Origin: Lingula anatina
Lineage: Eukaryota > Animalia > Brachiopoda
Reading direction: 5' to 3'
NCBI GenBank assembly: GCA_051362555.1
Contig: CM120649.1
Location: 3,286,001 to 3,350,000 of the forward strand
DNA length: 64,000 nt
Both the position numbers and the translations under genes were made by a program. Position 1 is the first letter of the stretch, and the number at the start of each line of letters is the position of its first letter. Below the pieces are notes generated by a model. The model did not search any database. It saw nothing but the letters and a program-made list of their open reading frames with translations, and was not told where the DNA came from. This document shows positions 1 through 13,229 of the stretch, piece after piece.

Positions 1-26
1 TAACAATTTCTCACTGGTACATATAC

Positions 27-3000
27 CTGTATGTCATGTATTTCAAAACGCCTCAGCAGTTCAACTACGGCAGTGCACTCTCTTTCTTCTGTCAACATTC
101 TTGGTGTCTTTTTCGCCTACGATATATATAAAGAAATTATTATGAACTATAGGGGACAAAATTGAAACCGCTTTATACAGACCGGTGAAAAGTGTTTTCC
201 AGCACTCCCCTAATTTTAAAGATACACCATCCTTGTACATACCTAGAGATGTTACGGTATGTGACCATGGCAATATACTGCTTATTTGCCCTAAAGTGTG
301 TTTCAGAGTGAAATGCCAGGTCTTTCTCTCAATGTCACATAATGTGCTGCGACTTTAATGAGGTGTTCTGGCATATATCGCTAGGATGACAGTGTGTTAT
401 CTCAAATACATACTATTCAATTAAATACATATGCATGACTTACAGTGTGTTGCTAAAATACTTTAACATGAAATGCTTTTTCATGTACATCAATACAAGT
501 AATGAACTACAAACTAAAGAATAATGCGATAAAGAAATAATTGTTTTATGTGACTCGAGAAAATAAAGCGGAGCCACGTTATAATATATATTTCGACAAT
601 TCTACACTCACTTCATCCTGTATACTGGTATCCGCCCCGTGTTGGAGGAGAAGCTGGACACATTGTGTACAGCCGCTATATGCAGCCAAGTGAAGTGGCG
701 TACTCATGAAAAACTGTGGATATGTACAAAGTATATGATAAAACGTATATTTCAAATGCAGTAAAAAAGTTTCGGGTTTGATAATAAGACTTAACTGAAA
801 AAAAAATAAAATAACCAATCAAATCGGGCTATGTGACTGACATGTTCCATCTTTTTCGACTGCGAAAACAATCTCTACACTTGTTGACTGTGAAAGAAAT
901 TTAACTTGCACACAATAATTCCCTTTCCTTTTACTCATACTTGATTATTCTTCAATTATAACTTGCAATTAGTGAAAGTGTATTTCATTTACTTTACAAC
1001 ATAACAACCAAACAAATTTTTCCCAAGAGGAAAAATATTCCCAAGAACAAATGTTATAAAAAGTTAAGGAACACGAAGAGGATAAAATGTTCACACACAT
1101 TTATTTTGGATATTTTATTTTTTAATTTTTTAAAATAATATAAAATATTTCTCAGAAACACTAAATATTCCCTTTTTATACTTTCATTAATTTCATTAGT
1201 TTCTCAAATTGGGCGTGTTATGTGTTATATACTTGAAAGTGTGGTGATATTTACATTAGTTATATAATTTAAAAAAACTGATCGGTGCCGAGTTAATATT
1301 AGGTTTGGCTTCTTTACAGGGGCTGTATTAACAGCTCGCCCAGTGTTACAGATGAAAAATAAAATCATCATTTGTCAATTTGTCATTTCTATGTAAAATA
1401 ATTGTTGAACAAAATAATAGATATTTAATCAAATAACTTTGTTTGTACTTTTATATTAAAAACCACGATTCAAACGAAATTATACTTAACTAATTGCACT
1501 ACCGAAAACATTATGCCGTGTTCTATTTCAAGATGTGCTTTATGTTAAATTATTCATAAATGAGAAAAGACTTGGTCAATAGAATATAAACCACAATAAT
1601 GTTTCTTCTCACAACTTAAGGAAAAATGACAATGTGCATAAATGTAGCCATACTGCTGTGTTCTGACTAATCTACACTCACCCAATCCTGTATACTGGTA
1701 TTCGCCCCGTGTTGGAGGAGAAGCTGGACACATTGTTTGTGGCCGTGATATGCAGCCCAGTGAAGTGGTGTCCTCCCCAACTGTGGATATGTACAAACAA
1801 TGTGATTAAACACATATATTTCAAATGCAGGAGAAAAATGTATTGGGTTTGAAGACAAGGCTTAACTGAAAAAAAAAATGATAGGTGCTGTGTAAATATT
1901 AAATTTGGCCTCTGTATTGGGCCTGTATTGACAGATCAGTGGTGCAGTGGATTAATAAAATCGTCACTTCAATGTGTCAATTCTACGTAAAATATTGAAA
2001 GAAATAATGGATATTTAATAAAATAACTTTGTTTGTACTTCTATATTTAACATCACACTTCAAACATAATTATACTTAACTAATTGCACTCCTGAAAACA
2101 TTATGGCGTGCTCTATTTTACAATGTGCTTTATGTTGATTAATTCATAAATGAGAAAAGACTTGGTCAAGAGAATGTAAACCACAATAATGTTTCTGTCA
2201 CAACTTAAGGAAAAATGAACTGTACGTAAATGCTGCCATACTGCTGTGTTCTGACTATTCTACACTCACCAAATCCTGTATACTGGTATCCGCCCCGTGT
2301 TGGAGGAGAAGCTGGACACATTGTGTGTGGCCTTGATATGCAGCCCAGTGAAGTGGTGTCATCTCAAACTGTGGATATGTACAAACAATCTGATTAAACA
2401 CATATATTTCAAGTGCAGTAGAAAAGAGTATTGGGTTTGATGACAAAGCTTAACTGAACAAAATGATCGGTGCTGTGTTAATATTAAATTTGGCCTCTGT
2501 ATCGGGTCTGTATTAATAGCTCAGTGATGCAGTGGATTAATAAAATCATCATTTCAAGTTGTCAATTCTATGTAAAATATTGAAAGAAATAATGGATATT
2601 AAATGAAATAACTTTATTTGTACTTCTATATTTAACATCACACTTCACATGTAATAATACTTAACTAGTTGAACTACTGAAAACATTATGCCGTGTTCTA
2701 ATTTACAATGTGCTTTATGTTGATTTATTCATAAATGAGAAAAAGACTTGGTCAATAGAATATAAACCACATTAATGTTTCTTCTCACAACTTAAGGAAA
2801 AATGACAATGTGCATAAATGTATAGCCGTACTGCTGTGTTCTGACTATTCTACACTCACCTTATCCTGATTACTGGTATCCGCCCCGTGTTGGAGGAGAA
2901 GCTGGACACATTGCGTGTGGCCGTGAACTGCAGCCAAGTGAAGTGGTGTCTTCCTTAGCTGTGGATAAGTAGAAACAATCTGATTAAACACATATATTTC

Positions 3001-3577
3001 AAGTGCAGTAGAAAAGAGTATTGGGTTTGATGACAAAGCTTAACTGAACAAAATGATCGGTGCTGTGTTAATATTAAATTTGGCCTCTGTATTGGGTCTG
3101 TATTAATAGCTCAGTGATGCAGTGGATTAATAAAATCATCATTTCAAGTTGTCAATTCTATGTAAAATATTGAAAGAAATAATGGATATTAAATGAAATA
3201 ACTTTATTTGTACTTCTATATTTAACATCACACTTCACATGTAATTATACTTAACTAGTTGAACTACTGAAAACATTATGCCGTGTTCTATTTTACAATG
3301 TGCTTTATGTTGATTTATTCATATAGAATATAAACCACAATAATGTTTCTTCTCACAAGTTAAGGGAAAATGACAATGTGCATAAATGTGGCCATACTGC
3401 TGTGTTCTGACTATTCTACACTCACCCAATCCTGTATACTGGTATCCGCCCCGTGTTGGAGGAGAAGCTGGGCACATTGTGTGTGGCCGTGAACTGCAGC
3501 CAAGTGAAGTGGTATCTTCCCACCCTGTGGATAAGTAGAAACAATCTGATTAAACACATATATTTCAAGTGCAGTAG

Positions 3578-3641
<64 letters not shown>

Positions 3642-4571
3642 CGATTGATGGGTGCCGTGTTAACTATAAGTTTGGTTCTGTATAGGGGCTGCATTAACAG
3701 CCCTTTGTTGATACGGGTATGTACAACGCTGTGATTGTTATAACACTGTACCATAGTGGTTTGTATGGAAACAACATATAATAGGAAGATGCCAACGCAA
3801 AAGCAGATCGTTTATTTCATATGTGCACGTGGTAAATGTATAAAACATGTTACATGTATGGGATTCTTGTTGAACTTATTATATTGTTTACATTGGTATA
3901 TGCCTAGCCTATCACATAGAAAACCTTGTGTAGAGGAAAGAGGGAAGGAAAAGTGAAATGATGCAGTGGATGATTCAGTCTATGGCATGGGTCATCTGCA
4001 TTAAATAAATCGTTATTTCTTACCTGCAGTGTTAAATTCTATTAAAATTTAACTGTATGTAAATGTGGGCATAATGCTGTGTTCTGACTGTGTACAACGC
4101 TGTGATTGTTATAACACTGTACCATAGTGGTTTGTATGGAAACAAAATATCACAGGAACATGCAAACGCAAAAGCAGATCGTTTATTTTATATGTTCACG
4201 TGGTAAATGTATAAAAACATGTTACATGTATGGGATTCGTGTTTAACTTATTATATCGTTTACATTGGTATAATATATGCCAGCCTATCACATAGAAAAC
4301 CTCGTGTAGAGGAAAGAGGGAAGGGAAAGTGAAATGATGCAGTGGATGATTCAGTCTATGGCATGGGTTGTCTGAATTAAATAAATCGTTATTTCTTATG
4401 TGCAGCGTTAAATTCTATTAAAATTATCAACATCGGCGTAACTAAAGAGAGAGAAATCAAAGTTGTTACCCAGTCCAGGTCATTGATGTGGCACTGCCCG
4501 GCAGTCAGCAGATGCTGTAACCTCTCTATATCTCCAGCCCGTGCAGCCGTACGAAGCTCTGTGTCCTTCAT
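27..4571 (-). CDS. Ankyrin-repeat receptor paralogue B (N-cap + 5 internal ANK + C-cap; Death-like/TIR exons expected beyond the left edge), partial
   Basis: Phase-0 GT-AG exons on minus strand: 4470-4571 (MKDTELRTAARAGDIERLQHLLTAGQCHINDLDW), 3426-3524 (GGKIPLHLAAVHGH..QDW), 2860-2958 ([14 protein letters not shown]..), 2270-2368 (FEMTPLHWAAYQGH..), 1682-1780 ([14 protein letters not shown]..), 612-713 (FFMSTPLHLAAYSGC..), 27-116 ([30 protein letters not shown]). TPLHxAAxxGH..LLxxGAD ankyrin consensus; colinear with copy A. Confidence 0.85.
612..3524 (-). repeat. Tandem array of 5 ankyrin exon+intron units (~570-590 bp period; one longer intron)
   Basis: Near-identical exon core tactggtatccgccccgtgttggaggagaagctgg, shared donor (gtgagtgtaga) and acceptor (atccacag) flanks, and homologous introns repeated in each unit. 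Confidence 0.95.
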
Positions 4572-5275
4572 ACTGGCTGGTGGCTATACTGTAGACATTC
4601 CAACGAAGAGTGCGACGTATGTCTGAATTTCACTCGTCTGAATTAAGATGGATAAGCATCAAGTTTAGATATATAAAAAGATGAAATGTACAATGGCTTA
4701 ATATGTACAGACCCATGTATGATAAAAGATGCAGCTTGGCACGGAGAAGTCACCATGACATAAAATATACAAAAATATACAATTGCTTTTACATTATCAC
4801 ATCCATCTGTGGTCTCAATCCCGCTCCTATCTGTCGTGACCCCCCCCCCCCCCCACACACACACACACACGCACATACCCAGAAGAAATGTTCTGTGCAG
4901 CTTAAATGTCGCTACATGTATTAAGGGTCCTATTGGTGTTATCGTTAAATCATTCTTGTCAAATGAACTCTTAGACTTGGGGATTTTGGAAATCGTCACG
5001 TAAAACGCAAAAGAAAGTAATATCAAAATTACCCACGAATATCCTTACTGACAAACAATTTCATCAATTTTGTCATGACGGAGGAAGGAACATTGTACCG
5101 AAATATTAACATCAATTAGTCACCCCAGTGGCAACGAGGTATATGTCACTTGTTTATATCTATTTGGTAGATAAATCACATTTTAATAAAATATCAGGTT
5201 AACTTACTAGTTGGAAACAGACTGTACAAATGGCGGCTTTCTATAATTAGAGGTGACGAAAGGGGATTATTTCAA

Positions 5276-5911
5276 GGGAATTTCCCTTTTAAATTGCTGT
5301 TGATGTGTTTGTCTCAACAAGTGCAGTAAATTTTTGGTCAATCAAACAAGATCATGTATATAAAAGAGATAAATATGATTGAGTCAGGTGCAAATTGTTC
5401 ATATACTCAGTTCATGATAACGATACAATGGCGTACGTAGTTGGGGGGGGGGGGGGGGGGGTGGGCACAACGGGTTCCGTGTGACCTACCTGTACATACT
5501 GGGGTACAACTTGTATAAAAACCCTTTCCCGTTTCTACTTCCCTACGATTATTTTTTAACAAGCGGTAAAAACAGAGAATAACAAATGAAACTCTATGTC
5601 TATGTCCTATATATAATAATAAAAGTTGCTTCGTCTGCTTTGTTTGCCAAGCGAATCAAAGTAAAACATTCTCTTTCTTGAAGAAAGCAAAACATTTTGA
5701 AGAATAGCCCGATCAAGCTGACTTTGTGTAAATATACAAAACATCCCTTTGTCTTTTCAATTCGTCAATTGTGTAATCCGCTCCATGTTTGAATCAATCA
5801 CTAGTGACCCTGTAGCTATACACCTTAGCGCTAGCGTTTACATGACTTCACAATGAGAAGTGGGAGGAGAGACACTACACAAACGCACACACACACACCT
5901 ACACAAACGCA

Positions 5912-5943
<32 letters not shown>

Positions 5944-6310
5944 TATCATTCCTATCAGTGCAAATAACCATTCAAATCATTTTAAACTGGATTATTATTT
6001 TTTTAGCGGGACAACACATTCAGGTACAAACCGAAACCGAAACGTCAAATTTCCCAGCTCGCTCTTTACGCGTAAACACTGCCATTTACATGTTGTAATT
6101 CGCAGTTTTTTACCGAAATGTCAACAACCCTATTACATCTTAGTTACGACTAGTTGTATGTCACCCGTTGACACTGATGTGGTTGACATCACACCTCAAA
6201 ATTTGATAAAATATCACGTTAACTTACCAGCTGGAAACGACCTGCACAATGGCGACTCGGCTACAGGTATTATTAATAGAGGTGACAAGGGGGATTTTAA
6301 GGGAATTCCC
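5276..6310. promoter_or_regulatory. Candidate NF-kB (kB) and ISRE/IRF-like motifs upstream of paralogue B coding start
   Basis: GGGAATTTCCC 5276-5286, GAAACCGAAAC 6033-6043, GGGAATTCCC 6301-6310. These match GGGRNWYYCC and GAAANNGAAAC consensus; function is inferred only. Confidence 0.4.
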
Positions 6311-8765
6311 CTTTTATTGCTATTGATGTACGACGCAACTGTCTCAAACTGTCTCAACAAACGCAATGTGTGGCTGTTAGCGGTTTACTGTAGAAAATAT
6401 CATATTATCTGCCAAAGAAATAGGGTTGTATTTTATTTCTATGTATTCTTATACGTAAATAATCTAGACTTACACCATATCTAACATATCGTTTAGACGA
6501 TACCTTGGCGGAATAAGGGGGAACAATGCGTCCCCCCCCCCCCCCCCACACACACACACACACGCTCCCTTAACAAAATACTGGATCTGTCAGTGCGTTA
6601 GGATCTGTGCTTAAATGTCAGCCACAGTTTTAATACCTGTCACTTGTTTTAATTCCTTAAATAGTTCTTCTCTAAGTGCATGAATCGGGTTAATAATGGT
6701 CACAGTGAAGGTTTTGATTCAGACGTACTGCAATGGGCATAGTGAACGTTTTTATTCAGTTTTCAGTACTCAATAGTCAAGTCTGCAGTCAAAGATGTAT
6801 GATTTTTAGACAAATATTATCGATTATTGAGAATGATCAATAATTGAGAGCTGGCAAATATTTACAAAAAAAAAAAAAAAAAAAAAATGCGTGAATATTG
6901 TAGTTGTAATTAGTAATGGAGGAGTGCTACTACATGTCGGTTATCAGATATTTATTTGTTTAAATTCCCAAAGGCAGTTCACTTATGGACATTGGCGTGA
7001 ATATGCCGACATATCTGCAACACACCTTATTGTATAGGGCCTATGTATCACACTCAGTCAACAAACAGTTATCTGACAATACTAACAACATATTTATACA
7101 CAGCGTCGCCAAAGACGGCTCTTTTACGAAGCACTTTGGCAGCCTTCTCAAAGTCGAATATGGTGACGCTTTTCATTCCTTTCAGTGTCCCTTCTTCGAT
7201 CACGTGTTTGATCACGAATAGAATGTCTCTCTTCCGCACCCCGACGCTGTTACGTCGGCCAAAGTACCCAGAGAATTCCACAGTGACTTTCCTATGGGGT
7301 GTCTTCACCAAGACTTTCTCGGCATGTTTGACCTTGCTGAGGGGAAGGGAGCTGAAAGCACAATAGTTAGATTTTTGGTTTGTCTGCTGATCACTTTAAT
7401 AAGTTTTAGCGTATCGAATAAAGCGTTTTTAACTGACACAATTTCCAGTGCAGTATTTTGCCGTTTATTCGCTTGCTTGATTATTTCTTCTCTTTCTCGG
7501 TTTCAAAGCTTTTTTTTAATTTTTGTTTGCTTATGGCATCCCGAACCTTCCAAAGAAAATATACTTCTTTCAATCCCTTTATATCTTCACGAAAATGTCA
7601 AAAAATACATTTAATCAGTATGAACTGTTCGATTGACTTTTCAGATTAAAAAAAAGTAAAACAGTAAGATGAGATGGCTTAAATACTTAAACAAAAAGAA
7701 AAGCCTAAATAAGATGAGCAGCATGTAGTTAATTAGATAGTAAAGTTTCATTAAAATCACGATACCTGGGGAGATGCAGTGCACGTTTGTTTTCATCAAC
7801 ATTAAGCTCCGCATCTGTAAGTTAAATTTCGTCCATGATTACCAGAACCAATAAATAAAAACGACATATTCAAGTTTAATTTTAAAGTCAATTTTGCTGA
7901 TTTTGCTCTGGTGTAATAGATAGTCTAATTGTACTTGGAAAAAATAATTAAGATGCACTTGATTCTTATTTCACCTCACTAATTTTATTTCAGTAAAGAA
8001 CAAACATTGAAAAATGATGCCAGCCACATCTCATTTACGTTAGGCACACCTGACCGCGTCTTGGTGTCGATTTGCGGATCTGAGTACTGGCATATCAAAC
8101 AATTTAATGGGAAGTTTATCATAAGTCTCTTCTAAGTAAAAATCACAGGTGTACACATTGGTAGTAATGAAATGTAGGCCTATATGAGTCTGTATACATT
8201 TTGTGCTAAATCATTCAGGTAAAAATTGCACGTATCCTACCCTATGGGAATACTATTTATAAAAGACATCAGAACATGCTCAGTACAGTGTAATATGAAA
8301 TCAAATAAATTAAAAGAAAGAATCATATCAGGTATTACGGTTACCTTGTACCTCCTGGTGTCCCACTGTTAGCCCACAGATTACCAGGAAAGTGAGAAAT
8401 CTGTAATAAAAGCCGGGAAGGATTTATTTCTGTGTAGACCACATGTAGTACATGTAGTACATTGCAACTTCGAAAATTTCGGAAAACAGATCAGTAAAGT
8501 ATTAGAGCGGAAATATTCGATTAAATACTTCATGATTTAACCATAAAGTAATATAAAGCACTTTTATCTCAATAGTCGCTCTGTGGTTAAATAAACCAAG
8601 CAGTATTTACATTTTGTCTCTTTTTTAGATTTATATGAATGCCGTAAATTAACCTTATCCAATACAAGAAATGCAGGGTTTCGTTCTTTCTTTTTTCTTT
8701 TTTTCTTGTTTTGTATATCACAAACCTAAAAACTTTAACTCAAAACGTATTGTAATTATGCGCAC

Positions 8766-8906
8766 CTGAACATCTCCCTTGTTGACATGTTTTTCTTCCT
8801 TTAGAGACGACTTCTCTCACTGCCTGTATGAGCAATATGTCTGCTACGATAACAGGTATAGACTGGAAACTGGCTGAGGGGCTTATATACCCCCTCCCTC
8901 ACGTGA
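8766..8906 (-). promoter_or_regulatory. Putative TATA promoter and non-coding first exon of paralogue B
   Basis: Minus strand: TCACGTGA E-box (8899-8906), TATATAAG (8882-8889), then ~95 nt ending in cag|GTGCGC donor. Conserved in copy A (30044-30184). A candidate second UTR exon lies at 8345-8400 (tttattacag|..aag|gtaacc). Confidence 0.4.
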
Positions 8907-11426
8907 TCTGGGGTCGTTTCATGAAAGAAATTTAGTCAAAAAGTTTGTTTTAACTTTAATACACAAATTTGGAACTCTTCTTTTAAGAAATATCAATTAT
9001 AAGTTAACCGGCTTGGAGAAAGCAAGTTTATTTGTAGATCTATAGGTCTGAAACAATGACCGTGTATTTTTTATGTTTTATTTTATGAACTACTACCGAC
9101 TTCTAGACCTATCGGTCTGAAAGTGGAGGTTAAGGCGGTTTCTTTTTTTTTCTTTTGAAACGCCCCCTGTCACCTACACACAGTCAGCATATCTAATGAC
9201 ATATGTGAGTTTTTTCTAATCACAATTCTAAGAAATCACTGCGTATACACGGTGACTTTCTCCATTCTAAATCTAATATATGCTTCATGTATATATACAT
9301 GTACTATATGAACAGGTCCATGCTCCAAATTGGGAAAATATTAGCCTATTATCATAAGAAATAAAAATTGGATAACGTTTATAGACTATATGTAAGCAGT
9401 CAACATCTTACTCAGCGCTGCGTATTTAATTCTTATATAAGCGTTTTTTTTTCAGTTAGTGGCTTATAACGAGACAATAAGGAACGAGATTTAAATCGTG
9501 TTCGTAAGTAATTTGACCTTTTTGTTTACACGAAATTCGATCTATCAAGGAAGTCAGAGCGAAGATATGCATACAGTACTTTGATAGTGTAAGGTGGACT
9601 GTCACCGACGTCAAATAGTTCACCTAGATTAAAATGCCATATATATCGACATTTATACTGGACAGCGTGTATTCATATGATATTTTAATATAAAAGGTTC
9701 GAGAAAGACCCTATCTAGCTTGAGAATATTTAAAAGGCGTAAGGTTGTCTCTAATTTTTTAGCTTTATTTTACATTTCCAAGACATTTTTACTGAAGTTG
9801 TCGACTACAGAGCTGAGTCGTCTTGTAGACTCAATAAGCCGATATAGACACCCCAAAACAAACTAGTGACGAGAGAAAACGAGATTCCGTACACAAAACT
9901 AGGCCTGACTAAGCATCGAAGCATACAGGGTCCAAGCCAATACCCAGAGGTTCTTGTATGGGTACGCCGTCCTCTACTTATAACGTGTCGACCTATCCAC
10001 TGCATCAATGCAGGCGTTTGTCCCCGCACCCCTACTTATTATATTTACTGATCTTATATTATCTCTTACAGCTATTGGTTCATATGGTTGTATGTTCAGA
10101 TCCCCCTATATTACTAGATACTCTGGTTAAGGTCAGATAAGGAACCACCGCAAGGAGGCAGTTTCTGCCTATATCACATGACCGGCTCACACGAAGGCTC
10201 GTATGCTGAGCTACGTACCGGCAGCCTACAGCAAGATGGATTTTAAGTTTCAGGTGACTTTTGTTTAGAAAGTAGGTTACCGTTCATGCCTGACATATGT
10301 GTAACGTCAGATGACTCTTATTTTGTTGTTGTTGAGCTCAATGGGCACGGTGTGCGCAGGACGTAATGTGACCGATTTTGAAGCGAATAGTTTTGAAGAT
10401 TTCTATTAATTTATCTTTCACTCGTACAATTAAGCTACACACTATCTCCATTGTTCGCGCAAGCTTTGGGCATATTTAGAGTAGATATTCAGAGTATGCA
10501 ACAGGTATTTGAAATGAAAAAAAAAAAATTTATGATTTGGCGAAAGATAAACGGTCACTTTGCACGATAATAACTTTAATATACATCTTTTTTTTTTTTT
10601 TTCGTTTGCACTGTCGTCCGTTTATACGTCTGTTCTTGTAGTGATCTTTGATTGTGAATCAGTAATATTCCAAAGATGTTTACTGCCAGAAGATATTATT
10701 ATTATTCCCGACAGGTATAAAATAAACTTAACGATAGACGACATTTTTTCCCTAACTTTCGTTTATCAAACCACCAAGTAAAAAAGCAGTGTGGTTTGAC
10801 TGTGTCTACCGGTTATCAAACCACATTAAACCTTAACTTCCATTAAAAATTCGAACCATTTTAAACATTTTTCTGATTCGTTTTATTTCAGCACTAAGAA
10901 ACAAAAGCGACAGCAATGTATATAACTCAACAAACTTAATTACAAACTTAGACTACGCAAAGCACATGACAGACCATGGGTTTAAGCTGTAATTTAGGAG
11001 ACCATTCCCACATAGTTTTGGATCGATCTGTCTCCCTGGGGAGTCTCACTAAATTGTCACGCCTAGCAAAGCTGTTAGGGGGTAATTATCTTTACCCTAG
11101 CTGATTCTGTAGGCATGACAGACATTTAAGCCTCTTGAGGTGATAGCAATTTAACGCAAACCACCAGGAAGTTAGGTCGATCCAGATGGATCTATCTAAG
11201 TATAGGAACCCAATATAGGACATACCATTGTGGAATTTGAGATACGAGGTGATAATATACATGAACGTATATTGCATGTACCAGTACATTAGTAGAAATC
11301 GCACTTTTCACAAACACACTAAAAATGATTTAAGTTATGGTTTGGAACCATGATATAGTAGGTGATGACATACTATAAACTTGGTAACTCTATAACTTGT
11401 CTCATATAGATAAAAAAAAAGAACTT

Positions 11427-11591
11427 CAGGCCCGTAGCCAGGAGGGTTCGGGGGTTCGAAAGAATCGCCCCTTTTGCTGGGAAAAGTCCACTTTGGTTAA
11501 AAATTGATCTAGGTATATTACATTTTTATGGGAAAAGGTCCACTTTTTCAGAAAAAGAAACCCCCTTTTGAAATTGCTGGCTACGGGCCTG
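11427..11591. mobile_element. MITE with CAGGCCCGTAGCCA terminal inverted repeats
   Basis: TIR caggcccgtagcca / tggctacgggcctg, flanked by aactt on both sides. The same family occurs at 38912-39115 and 60578-60746 in the opposite orientation. Confidence 0.85.
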
Positions 11592-12810
11592 AACTTGCAC
11601 GCTTGAACAAATTTATGGTTTGGAACCATGATGTATAAAGAGTGGTAACATACTATGTTGTAAATCTATAGCATTTCTCATTAAGATCAAAAACATACAA
11701 GATTAAAAAAGGAATACTTTATACATGTAGCATAGAAATCTTATCCTTAAAAATCAGGTCATATGCATTATATATAAGAAAGATATGTAAAAATACACTG
11801 CTTTTTCTACTAGTCAGTAAGTGCACAGCTTTTGAAACCATAAACCTTTTTCGAAAACGATTACATAACATGAATTTTTGTCACCGACAACAAAACTGAA
11901 CAGAAACAAACGAGAAAACAATTTGCTTTCTACATTCAATACCCAGTATACAGTGGTATGGAAACGTACGGCAAATAATAAATAAATGAATAAATAAATA
12001 AAAATAAATTAATTAAAGTTCACTTTATGAAATTACAGCTATGATACCCAACAGAATCAGTGGAAGTTCTACTCCTACACTAAGCATGATATCACAAACA
12101 AAACCTTTGTTGATATTTAAGCATTAAGCGTAGAATTTACAGCATAATAAATGTGTAGTCTAATAGTTCAGGTTGAATTGACAAAACCTGTGGTGAACCT
12201 GGTCAAAATGGCAACATATTTATTACACTGAAGCTTCTCAGAAAACACAGAACGTTTTATTACGTTTTTATAAAACAAATTATAAAAAAGAGAAAAAAAA
12301 TCATGGTAACGTCCTGGGAATGATATTAAACGTTTTGTATTTGCTCGAGATACTAAAATCCCAAGGAATCCCAAATGGGAAAAATGATATATCCAAAATG
12401 GCCGCCAATTTTCGTAGACACATATATATATACTAGTACACAGTTTTCTATTAAAAAAAGTCATCAGTAACCATATCATTGATTGAGTGGCTAAAATGAA
12501 ATTTAGGAATAAGAATGAAGAATACGGTGTGACACGTGTTACGAGGAGTACTGAGTATGAAGTAGTTATAAGGAGATCTCCCCCGTACATATAAACACAA
12601 TCAGTGGGCCTGGCATTGGAATGAATATAAAATGTACAAGAAGACCACATCACTCGAGCAGTTTCACAAAATAATTGTACAAAGAGTTCAAGGAATGAAA
12701 CAACCATTTATTTAATCAAATATACTCTGGTGTAATTTTAAGATCATTTGAGACATCAAGCCTTATATATGCCAGTTACATAAAACCACGTTACGTCGAC
12801 TGACATCCAT

Positions 12811-13198
12811 TTATTGGCTCTGAAGACGAAGTTTATCTGTCAATTTCCGGACTTCGTCTCGTAAAACCTCGTTCTCGTCTCGCAAAATCCCGTTCTCTTG
12901 TCGAAGTTGGCCATACGTGGGGATTACTTTTGGCCCTGTTTTAATGGAAGATAAGCATATAGTATATATGCATGTGTAAATGTAAAACAATATCACAAAT
13001 ATTCTCTGTTGTCAATAAGTGTCGATCAATATAGAAACATGATATTCCATCTAAATGGCTGGTTTAAAATACGTAGAATAAATTTAGCACTTATAAATTA
13101 TCTATCTTATATACGAAGAAATGGCTTAACATATATATATCCATCTATGTTAATATCTATAATACTGGGTATGAGGCCCTTACAACAAAAGATACAGC

Positions 13199-13229
<31 letters not shown>

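Larger units (their letters stand above)
1..9893. repeat. Segmental tandem duplication, copy B (homologous to ~15109-31264)
   Basis: Position 1 onward aligns with ~15109. Homology continues through exons and upstream DNA and ends at gagattccgtaca (~9893) vs gagatcccgtaca (~31264). Confidence 0.9.

Noticed and set aside
61-273. ORF-track peptides MPWSHTV.. (also 15169-15381)
   Set aside because: Mostly intron. The real exon (ankyrin C-cap, 27-116 and 15135-15224) is read in another frame.
10225-10260. caagATGGATTTTAAGTTTCAG|gtgact, possible first exon
   Set aside because: Too short, with no supporting downstream exons.
12168-12707. 179-aa hydrophobic ORF downstream of the TIR gene
   Set aside because: Non-ATG start, AT-rich composition, no recognisable motif; probably 3' flank or repeat.
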